IMG/VR virus record: IMGVR_UViG_3300029309_000010
Span: 21,137 to 85,136 of that record
Reading direction: 5' to 3' (one strand)
Length of the DNA stretch: 64,000 bases
Source: a virus
Every line of letters starts with the position of its first letter. Position 1 is the first letter of the stretch. Position numbers and translations under genes: made by a program. This document shows positions 40,123 to 47,129 of this stretch, in pieces. Under the pieces are notes generated by a model. It searched no databases. It saw only the letters and a list, made by a program, of their open reading frames with translations, and was not told the origin of the DNA.

Positions 40123-40515
40123 ATGGGACTCGACCAATACGCCTACAAAGTAAAGCGCAAGTATGCGCCTACCACTAAGACTTCAACCGTAAGAACTACA
40201 GAGTTCTTTTACTGGCGCAAGCACAACGCCTTGCACGGTTGGATGGAGAATCTATACAACGGAAAAAAACTAGAGGATGGCATCAACATAGACAGCGATG
40301 ACTTCAATGGTGTCGCTGTTAAGCTGGAGGAGAAAGACTTGGATAAGCTGGAGCAGGATGTCATGACCTTCAACTTGCCTCAGACCGCAGGTTTCTTTTT
40401 CGGTCGTGACAGTGTGGGTGATGAATACCAGAAAGAGCAGACTCTTGAGTTTCTCAAGAAAGCTAGGAAAGCACTTGCCGAGGGTTTCGAGGTTGAGTAT
40501 AACAGTTGGTGGTAA
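40123..40515 (+). CDS. Conserved phage protein (MGLDQY...YWRKHN...GFFFG...SWW family)
   Basis: Motif pattern recognisable from many large phages; function unknown. Confidence 0.75.
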   Translation: MGLDQYAYKVKRKYAPTTKTSTVRTTEFFYWRKHNALHGWMENLYNGKKLEDGINIDSDDFNGVAVKLEEKDLDKLEQDVMTFNLPQTAGFFFGRDSVGDEYQKEQTLEFLKKARKALAEGFEVEYNSWW

Positions 40516-40691
40516 TGGAATCATTCAAAGTATACTTAAAAGAAGTCCACTGGCAGGAGGTGCATGTTCACGCTACCAGTAGACAAGATGCAGTAAAACG
40601 TGCGCGTGATGGGGAGGGTGACTATGTTGGTGCTACAACATACGACCACACAATCGAAACAATAAGTGAACACAGGGTAGAAGAACTGTAG
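40515..40691 (+). CDS. Hypothetical protein
   Basis: TAATG overlap; 'V.A.S..DA...A' small-protein pattern. Confidence 0.6.
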   Translation: MESFKVYLKEVHWQEVHVHATSRQDAVKRARDGEGDYVGATTYDHTIETISEHRVEEL

Positions 40692-40718
40692 AAACTCTCA
40701 ACATCACTTTGACAAAAG

Positions 40719-40973
40719 ATGGAAAACCAATACAGTAGTATAACAAAGCAGGTAATCAGGTTCGGCCCAACCGACGAATTCCCCTTCCTCTTAAACTTAA
40801 CTATAACTTCTAATGACAAGCGCACTTGTTCTTTTACTGTTCATACTTTGCAGTCCGATGATACGTGGTCTGCTGCACTTCCCCAATGGCTCTTCACTGA
40901 GGCAAAGCAGAAAGAAATCAGGCTTCTGCTTAATCAGCTATGTCAGAAACATGCTCTGAAAAAGTTCTCGTAA
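40719..40973 (+). CDS. Hypothetical protein
   Basis: Its TAA stop is the start of element copy 3. Confidence 0.55.
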   Translation: MENQYSSITKQVIRFGPTDEFPFLLNLTITSNDKRTCSFTVHTLQSDDTWSAALPQWLFTEAKQKEIRLLLNQLCQKHALKKFS

Positions 40974-41045
40974 CTCACTGATACTTAGTGGGTTACGAGG
41001 CGGGGGCGGCGCCGCCCTCCTAACTCGCTGATACTCAACGAGTTA
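40971..41045. repeat. 75-bp double-palindrome element, copy 3
   Basis: TAACTCACTGATACTTAGTGGGTTA + 25 bp + TAACTCGCTGATACTCAACGAGTTA. Confidence 0.95.
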
Positions 41046-41108
41046 TGAAAGTGAAAAAAAAAGAAAGAAAACGCTTGCACGGTTAGCTGACTGTGTTACT
41101 TTCCCCAC

Positions 41109-41333
41109 ATGACAGATCTACATGACTTCATCACCGTCCGCCCCGAAGAACTCATCGACTCCCTCGCGGACGGCCCCCGCGAAGGGCAGTTCAACCCGTC
41201 ACCCGAGGAGGTGCAGGAGTTGTTCGCGCAGATTCACGCGGAGGAGCACCCCACCCAGTTCTCGACTGACGATGACGAGCGCGACGAGATACCGATGCTC
41301 AACACGGAACTTGCAAAAAGATTCGTTCCGTAA
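41109..41333 (+). CDS. Small acidic early protein
   Basis: Promoter TTGCAC(41075)-16-TACTTT-6-ATG; its stop is the start of element copy 4. Confidence 0.75.
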   Translation: MTDLHDFITVRPEELIDSLADGPREGQFNPSPEEVQELFAQIHAEEHPTQFSTDDDERDEIPMLNTELAKRFVP

Positions 41334-41405
41334 GTGATTAATACTCAAGGGGTTACGAGCCGCGCCCCGCCGCCCCCTCGTAACTCCTTGATACTCAAGG
41401 GGTTA
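41331..41405. repeat. 75-bp double-palindrome element, copy 4
   Basis: TAAGTGATTAATACTCAAGGGGTTA + 25 bp + TAACTCCTTGATACTCAAGGGGTTA. Confidence 0.95.
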
Positions 41406-41579
41406 CGACTGAATAAAAAATAATAAAAAAGGTTTGCAGATCAGGCGTCTTGTGATAGTCTATTTGCAAGTTAGCTATTTGCTATTAGACCATATATCCT
41501 GTAACCTATGATCAAAAAAATGTTCAGATTCAGCAGAAAACCTCTTGCACTCACTGCAAAACCTGTTAAAATCACACCC

Positions 41580-41873
41580 ATGCAACCAACCAATCTTACT
41601 AACGTAATCGTGGATGCTAACCAGCAGTTACCAAGCAATCCAGTTCACCTTGCCTCTGAGCTTACAGGCAAGACCGTTTCCTACACTAACAAAGAGAAAT
41701 CTTCTGTTGTGTCTGGCAAAACCAGAGTCTTCAAGATCAAAGCAGTTGAGGACATCACCGTCTCCAAAACCACGGGCAACGAGTATGTAACCGTGCAGGT
41801 CCAAGACTTGGACGATGGAGGCACCGTCAAGCATCGGAATCTCCTTGTGCAAGGAATCGACGTTGTTGTATAA
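41580..41873 (+). CDS. Hypothetical early protein
   Basis: Promoter TTGCAC(41545)-16-TAAAAT-7-ATG fixes the start at MQPTN. Confidence 0.7.
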   Translation: MQPTNLTNVIVDANQQLPSNPVHLASELTGKTVSYTNKEKSSVVSGKTRVFKIKAVEDITVSKTTGNEYVTVQVQDLDDGGTVKHRNLLVQGIDVVV

Positions 41874-41890
41874 TTCTACCAAACAAAACT

Positions 41891-42115
41891 ATGGCATCTA
41901 AAACCAAAACAGAAACCGTTAGGATCGAAGTGAGAAACTCCGATCAAGCCGCCCTTGTAAGCTATGGCCTCGGCCTAGTCCATCAGGAACTCTCTACCAA
42001 GCTAGTGGATGTGGCAGATGATAAGCTCGACACCTTTGTTGGGAACATCAAGTATCTTCGCAAGAATGCTAATCACTTAAACGAAAAGTTTTCTCTCCCC
42101 GTGAACGATCAATAA
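41891..42115 (+). CDS. Hypothetical protein
   Basis: 74-aa ORF, co-oriented with its neighbours. Confidence 0.65.
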   Translation: MASKTKTETVRIEVRNSDQAALVSYGLGLVHQELSTKLVDVADDKLDTFVGNIKYLRKNANHLNEKFSLPVNDQ

Positions 42116-42282
42116 TTTCTAGAAACCTCCCCTCCTGTTCTCTCTGATGGGTAGGTGGTTGTAAAACACAGTGAGGCTTTTAGCGGTGGGCGTATAACCG
42201 TAGGCTTAACGTAAGAGTAGCCGCCCCTCTCCCACTTTTCTAGACAGTGGGTGAGGGAACCACTTTCTGCATGGTGCTAACT

Positions 42283-42325
42283 GCCCCGTCCCCTATGTTT
42301 GCTCATGTTAGGGGGCGGGGTTTTT
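42283..42325 (+). terminator. Terminator hairpin (GCCCCGTCCCC family)
   Basis: GCCCCGTCCCCT...AGGGGGCGGGG followed by TTTTT; similar hairpins at ~39100-39127 and 43324-43366. Confidence 0.7.
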
Positions 42326-42398
42326 GGGAGTGTAGCTCAATGGTTAGAGCACACGACTCATAATCGTTAGGTTGCGGGTTCGAGTCCCGCCGCTCCCA
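42326..42398 (+). tRNA. tRNA with CAT anticodon, most likely tRNA-Ile2 (lysidine, reads AUA); CCA not encoded
   Basis: Cloverleaf GGGAGTG/CGCTCCC, D arm GCTC/GAGC, anticodon arm CACGA-CTCATAA-TCGTT (CGACTCATAATCG as in Ile2 tRNAs), T arm GCGGG-TTCGAGT-CCCGC. Confidence 0.9.
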
Positions 42399-42473
42399 TA
42401 ACTCACTAAGCCTCAAGGAGTTACGAGTCGCGCCCCGCCCCGCCCTCGTAACTCGTTGATACTCAACGACTTA
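42399..42473. repeat. 75-bp double-palindrome element, copy 5
   Basis: TAACTCACTAAGCCTCAAGGAGTTA + 25 bp + TAACTCGTTGATACTCAACGACTTA; begins right after the tRNA discriminator base. Confidence 0.95.
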
Positions 42474-42544
42474 CGACTGAAAAAAAAAGAAAGAAAAAGG
42501 CAAAATAGGGTTGCATCAAATCTCTCATGTGATACTCTCCTCCC

Positions 42545-43303
42545 ATGCTGATACTAGCTAAGAACAAAGTTGATACCGAGCAGCTCGCAGAAGTTACCAC
42601 CCCGTCTGCAACGGACACTCACACTCCAATCCCTCACGCGCTCCTCGCGGATCGCACTCGCACCGTCATTGATGCGGCTGGTTTGGAGATCGTCGAAGAG
42701 GAACACGCGATTGCGCGTGGTGGTCTTCGCTACTTTGGTGGCTTCGCCCTCAAGGGTGAGGCCATCGACGGAGATGACCGCAAGCTGGTGCTTGGTCTCC
42801 GCAACGCGCACGACAAGTCTTTTGCGGCTTCCGTGTGCATCGGCAACCAGATGATGGTCTGCGAAAATCTTTGCTTCTCTTCAGATGTGAAGCTCGCTCG
42901 CCGTCACACCGTCAACATCCTTCGGGATCTGAACACGGTGCTTTCGTCTGCCGTTAGTCGCGTGACTTCGCACTGGGTTGACATGGGCAATCGGATTGCT
43001 TCCTACAAGGAGAGTGAAATCTCCAAGGAGGCAGCTTCCGACTTGGTTGTCGATCTCGCTGAGATGGGCGCGTTTCCTGCGCGTTCCGTCTACAAGGCGG
43101 TGCAGGAGTTCCGCAACCCTCGCCATGAGGAGTTCAAGGGCGGCACTCTCTGGACTCTCTACAACGGGGTCACCGAGCACCTCAAGGGCGGGGACTTGAC
43201 CAAGCTCCCCCAACGCACGATGACAACGCAAGCTGTCTTTGACAGGCTCGCGGGTCACAGGCCCAAGATCGTCGAGGCCGAACAGGTCGCCATGCCGAGC
43301 TAA
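42545..43303 (+). CDS. DUF932-family protein
   Basis: 'LGLRNAHDKS', 'VCENL', 'RRHT' and 'TLWTLYNGVTE'. Promoter TTGCAT(42511)-16-TACTCT-6-ATG. Confidence 0.8.
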   Translation: MLILAKNKVDTEQLAEVTTPSATDTHTPIPHALLADRTRTVIDAAGLEIVEEEHAIARGGLRYFGGFALKGEAIDGDDRKLVLGLRNAHDKSFAASVCIGNQMMVCENLCFSSDVKLARRHTVNILRDLNTVLSSAVSRVTSHWVDMGNRIASYKESEISKEAASDLVVDLAEMGAFPARSVYKAVQEFRNPRHEEFKGGTLWTLYNGVTEHLKGGDLTKLPQRTMTTQAVFDRLAGHRPKIVEAEQVAMPS

Positions 43304-43323
43304 TTTGTGTGTGGTAACGCAAA

Positions 43324-43366
43324 GCCCCGTCCCCCCTTTCTTGTTTCGGGGGGGCGGGGTTTTTTA
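43324..43366 (+). terminator. Rho-independent terminator
   Basis: GCCCCGTCCCCC...GGGGGGCGGGG followed by a T-run. Confidence 0.8.
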
Positions 43367-43387
43367 ATGGTTTAAATACGCAAGTCA

Positions 43388-43462
43388 TAACTCCTTGAGT
43401 ATCAAGGAGTTACGAGGGCGCGGCCCCCGCCGCCTCGTAACCCATTGAGAATCAATAGGTTA
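43388..43462. repeat. 75-bp double-palindrome element, copy 6
   Basis: TAACTCCTTGAGTATCAAGGAGTTA (perfect 11-bp arms) + 25 bp + TAACCCATTGAGAATCAATAGGTTA. Confidence 0.95.
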
Positions 43463-43522
43463 TGAATGAATTTTTAATAATAAAAAAGTTGACCAGAGAG
43501 CGTCTTGTGATATTGTCGCGCC

Positions 43523-43828
43523 ATGTTAGGAACCATAACAACCAAATCGTTTACGATTAACTATTACCTCTATAAAGGGGAAGGACAGGACAGCGAATGG
43601 CTTTCCACTATTCTAGTCCAAAACAATTCAGGCCAGCCCATGCACACTAGCGATAGAGCAAAACTCTATGCAAAACAATATAATAGTCTTGATGGCTTGG
43701 TCCTTTGGGATATAGAGCCAGCTATGGAAGAGAACGGTGTTGATGTTATCACCATTAATAGTGGATCTGGGGTAATAAAAAAGGTTGCCAACGAGCGCGA
43801 AGCTAGACAAACTTTCGGTAGTAAGTAA
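43523..43828 (+). CDS. Hypothetical early protein
   Basis: Promoter TTGACC(43489)-16-TATTGT-6-ATG. Confidence 0.7.
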   Translation: MLGTITTKSFTINYYLYKGEGQDSEWLSTILVQNNSGQPMHTSDRAKLYAKQYNSLDGLVLWDIEPAMEENGVDVITINSGSGVIKKVANEREARQTFGSK

Positions 43829-44511
43829 TGAAACTACTTAACGGAGGTAACTATAAAACATCAAAGGGAGAATCGTTTGGTTGGAAAACCTACGGCCTCC
43901 ACCTTTCACCATTCAACATATCAGGAAACAATGTTTGCCCTAATGCTTCTACTGGTTGCGCTGCTGCTTGTCTTAATACTGCTGGCAGGGGAATCATGCG
44001 AAACGTCCAAGAAGCCCGAATCAGAAAAACACAGTTCTTTTTTGATGATAGGGAGGGATTCTTACGCCAGCTATTCAAAGAAATCAAAAGCTCGATTAAA
44101 AGCGCGACGAGAAAACAACTAAACTCTTGCTTTAGGTTAAACCTGACAAGTGACATTGCGTGGGAGAGATATATCATCCCTGCTTTCAAGGATCATCAAT
44201 TCTATGACTACACGAAAAGCAAAACAAGAATGCGTAGGTTTCTCCAAGGAAAGCTACCAGAAAACTACCACCTCACCTTCTCTCGATCCGAGGATACCAA
44301 GGACTCAGAAGTTAAAGAGTTTTGCAGCGCGGGTGGCAATGTTGCGGTCGTTTTTAGAGGACACCTTCCCAGTGAATGGAAAGGGATCAAAGTGATAGAC
44401 GGAGACGTTTCAGACTTGCGCTTTCAAGACGAACAAGGTGTAATAGTCGGGCTGGTCGCCAAGGGTCTCGGTAAAAAAGATGAAACAGGATTTGTAGTAG
44501 AACCAAAGTAA
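43828..44511 (+). CDS. GP88-like protein (Cys-cluster, radical-SAM-like)
   Basis: 'VCPNASTGCAAACLNTAGRG', 'RLNLTSDI', 'FYDYTK', 'NYHLTFS' and 'DGDVSDLRF'. Confidence 0.75.
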   Translation: MKLLNGGNYKTSKGESFGWKTYGLHLSPFNISGNNVCPNASTGCAAACLNTAGRGIMRNVQEARIRKTQFFFDDREGFLRQLFKEIKSSIKSATRKQLNSCFRLNLTSDIAWERYIIPAFKDHQFYDYTKSKTRMRRFLQGKLPENYHLTFSRSEDTKDSEVKEFCSAGGNVAVVFRGHLPSEWKGIKVIDGDVSDLRFQDEQGVIVGLVAKGLGKKDETGFVVEPK

Positions 44512-44717
44512 TGAGTAAAAACACACAAAAACAAATAGTTAGCTTTGAGAGTCTTATGGTCTCGCTTCTAGCGGAGTATACTGAAGAGCTTTCCAAAGAT
44601 ACCCCAAGCCTTACGGCTTCAATGGAAATAGGTCACAAGATGATTGAAATAGGAAAGATGCTAGACACCTCAGAAAAAGGCGTTAAGAAAATCTATAAGA
44701 TGCTGTCAAATGGATGA
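44511..44717 (+). CDS. Hypothetical protein
   Basis: TAATG-coupled ORF. Confidence 0.55.
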   Translation: MSKNTQKQIVSFESLMVSLLAEYTEELSKDTPSLTASMEIGHKMIEIGKMLDTSEKGVKKIYKMLSNG

Positions 44718-44786
44718 ATGGAGCAGAACTGTGGATTGCAATTCTAGTTTTACTAACAACAATAATTCTTTTAATAGGCTGTAGCA

Positions 44787-45035
44787 ATGGAAGAAACAAA
44801 GAAAGGCAGACCCGTTGGAACGGGAGGAATCTACAAACAGAGAGGCGCTTACGCGACAAGGCACAAAGGTCAAGAATCTATACAAGAGAAACATATAAAT
44901 TACATGCGTGGCCTGTCAACAGTGGTGGGCGAGGCTTGCGACAGATACTTTGAGAGAAAAGGAATGCCGAAAGTCCTAAGCTGGTCAGCGAAAGCAAAAC
45001 AAGAAAGAGAAGAAAGAAAAAAGAAATCAGCATGA
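44787..45035 (+). CDS. Hypothetical basic protein
   Basis: ORF with KGRP motif, coupled to the next gene. Confidence 0.5.
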   Translation: MEETKKGRPVGTGGIYKQRGAYATRHKGQESIQEKHINYMRGLSTVVGEACDRYFERKGMPKVLSWSAKAKQEREERKKKSA

Positions 45036-45331
45036 GCAAAACAAAATTCTTTAAGGCTTCTCGTTCTGGCAGGAAGATGATTCCTTGCACAGAAGCAGAG
45101 AACGAAGAGCATCGTGCGCGTTGTGCGGTGCGAGGGCACTTCTATAAAACGATTGAAATCCTCTGTGACATGGGATACAAAGAAATCGCTTTTGAGGTTA
45201 GGGCAGCAGCAGATACAAAAACTAGATACTGGTCTAGTGAGCGTAAGAGCAAACCCAAACCACCGAAAGCGGAGCTGTCCGAGAGCGGCTCTTGGGTTGA
45301 ATACTGCAAGATAAGAGGCTTGAAATTTTAA
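45032..45331 (+). CDS. Hypothetical basic protein
   Basis: ATGA-coupled ORF. Confidence 0.55.
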   Translation: MSKTKFFKASRSGRKMIPCTEAENEEHRARCAVRGHFYKTIEILCDMGYKEIAFEVRAAADTKTRYWSSERKSKPKPPKAELSESGSWVEYCKIRGLKF

Positions 45332-45412
45332 AGACAAATCGAGCGGCATGGTGTGCGGGGAGATCCCGCAACACGGGTTTCTACGTCTTTGCCTGTCATG
45401 AAACACCGCTCG

Positions 45413-45487
45413 TAAGTCCCTCGTAACCAATGGGTTACGAGGGGCCGCCCCCTCCAAACTCGTAACTCCTTAAGTATCAGTGAGTTA
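45413..45487. repeat. 75-bp double-palindrome element, copy 7 (closes the module)
   Basis: TAAGTCCCTCGTAACCAATGGGTTA + 25 bp + TAACTCCTTAAGTATCAGTGAGTTA. Confidence 0.9.
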
Positions 45488-45507
45488 CGATTTATAGATG
45501 GAAGTCT

Positions 45508-45534
45508 AAAAAAAAGCCGCACGATGTGCGGCTT
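45508..45534 (-). terminator. Terminator for minus-strand transcripts
   Basis: A8 followed by AAGCCGCAC/TGCGGCTT hairpin. Confidence 0.6.
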
Positions 45535-45644
45535 GGGTTAATTGTTTATTTGCTTATTAAGTGTTTATCCTGTAACCTAGACTATACTGTTAATATAATA
45601 GTTATTACTATAAGGAATACTAGCCACCACTGAAAAGCAGACAT

Positions 45645-45923
45645 TTATTGTTTTATTAAGTGGGCTATATGCTCCTCAATATAATCACTAAACTCTTTTA
45701 TTGCTTTAGTATGCTTGTATCTCTCATTCACTGCCGCAGCATAGTGATGATCGCCACCCAGAGGGTAGTAGTCTCTAGCATGAAACTCACACTGTTTAAC
45801 TGTGTCTTGTAAGACATGTATTGCATTGAGTATATCTGTATAGCCATGCAGTAACATCTTTTTGCCTGTGCCATTCATATGGACTACGGGCAGTGGGTAT
45901 GAAGTTTGTTCTTGAACACTCAT
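45645..45923 (-). CDS. Hypothetical phage protein
   Basis: 92-aa ORF ('VHMNGTG', 'FHARDYYP') with an upstream TTGACT. Confidence 0.65.
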   Translation of the reverse strand: MSVQEQTSYPLPVVHMNGTGKKMLLHGYTDILNAIHVLQDTVKQCEFHARDYYPLGGDHHYAAAVNERYKHTKAIKEFSDYIEEHIAHLIKQ

Positions 45924-46504
45924 TACCGCTACACACTACTACCACCTACGGTGGTAGTCAAGAGAAAAAATGAATTAAAATACCACGGAAACTAACGTGC
46001 AAAAAAGTGTGGCTGCAATAAACACTAGAGATATAATAGCTTCTACTCTGCTCATATAATTATTAAGGGTTTCTGCGGTAAACTGAGGTTACTTATTTGT
46101 CGATTATTTTGTTATTCTTCGACAGGTTTTATATATATGTATACTATATACACATATACTTATTAAGCCGATCTGCCATAAACTGGGCACTATAATTTAA
46201 ATTAATTAATAATAGTCTGCTTAAATAGCGCAAAAGCCCTTTTTATTTGGTCGAATTAGGTTAAATTGGGCCTCTCTCTCGTATCGCAAGAATATATTTA
46301 TTTATTTAGGGCGAAGGAGACTATCCTAATTATTTGGGTTTTTTATTAAGAAACTAAGAAAGAGACTTGTTTTATTGTATTTACTATTATATATTACCCT
46401 ATGTATTCTTATATAGCTCTATAGTATACTCTATTCTTTTTAATTATATTTTATTATTATTTAATAGTTTATATTAATTTAAATGTATTTTATTACAAAT
46501 TATA

Positions 46505-47038
46505 TTAATCTTTCCTCCTGAACCTACCGTGATATTTCTTTTCTCCTTCTTCGCGAGCTTTTATAGCATCTTCTTTATTAGTGAATTCTCCTAATTGTTT
46601 TTGAACACCATCACGACAAATAAAAGAGACCCACTTTTTTCTATCTTTACGCCAATGCACTCCTATTACACCACTAGTATTATCACTACGTAACTTAATA
46701 TGATTCATGCCATTTTGAGATACGGTCGCTAATCTTAAATCCTTAATCTTGTTATTCTTCCTATCCCCGTATTCATGGTCTACAAAGTTTTCCAGTGGGT
46801 CTACACCATGATACATATAATAAGCTATTCTATGAGCAAGATAACTTTCACCTTTAAATTTAATTCTAATATAACCCGCCGAACCATTTGACCCTCCTGC
46901 TTCTTGACCGACTTTAATACAATGACTTGGTTTTTTTATCCAAGTGAATATACCCGTATCTGGATTGTAATCTAAATATTCTTTTAGTTCTTCTAGCGGT
47001 GGTAGTGGTTTATACTTCTTCCTTTTACGTTTCTTCAT
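46505..47038 (-). CDS. HNH homing endonuclease with AP2-like domain
   Basis: 'YNPDTGIFTW', 'YLAHRIAY', 'VDH..GDRKNNKIKDLRLATVSQN', 'NTSGVIGVHW' and 'LGEF'. Confidence 0.9.
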   Translation of the reverse strand: MKKRKRKKYKPLPPLEELKEYLDYNPDTGIFTWIKKPSHCIKVGQEAGGSNGSAGYIRIKFKGESYLAHRIAYYMYHGVDPLENFVDHEYGDRKNNKIKDLRLATVSQNGMNHIKLRSDNTSGVIGVHWRKDRKKWVSFICRDGVQKQLGEFTNKEDAIKAREEGEKKYHGRFRRKD

Positions 47039-47053
47039 ATTATTATTACTGTT

Positions 47054-47129
47054 TGGTAGCGGGAGTGGGACTCGAACCCACACTTTAGCGATTTTAAGTC
47101 GCTTGCCTCTGCCATTGGGCTACCCCGCC
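47054..47129 (-). tRNA. tRNA-Leu(TAA) with short variable loop, CCA encoded
   Basis: GGCGGGG/TCCCGCT acceptor, AGCGA-CTTAAAA-TCGCT anticodon arm, GTGGG-TTCGAGT-CCCAC T arm, ACCA end. Confidence 0.88.

Noticed and set aside
42140-42270. Hammerhead ribozyme in the structured intergenic region
   Set aside because: CTGATGG is present, but the CUGANGA...GAAA core with the correct stems could not be assembled.
39156-45487. 75-bp repeats as a CRISPR array or mini-arrays
   Set aside because: Only two boxes per locus, the boxes are degenerate, the 25-bp spacers resemble each other rather than being unique, and no cas genes are present.
39156-45487. Classical integron with attC sites
   Set aside because: The TAAC...GTTA ends and stop-codon overlap are reminiscent, but no integron integrase is visible. 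The cassettes carry their own promoters, and the fixed 25/25/25 double-palindrome does not match attC R/L box organisation. Kept only as an analogy.
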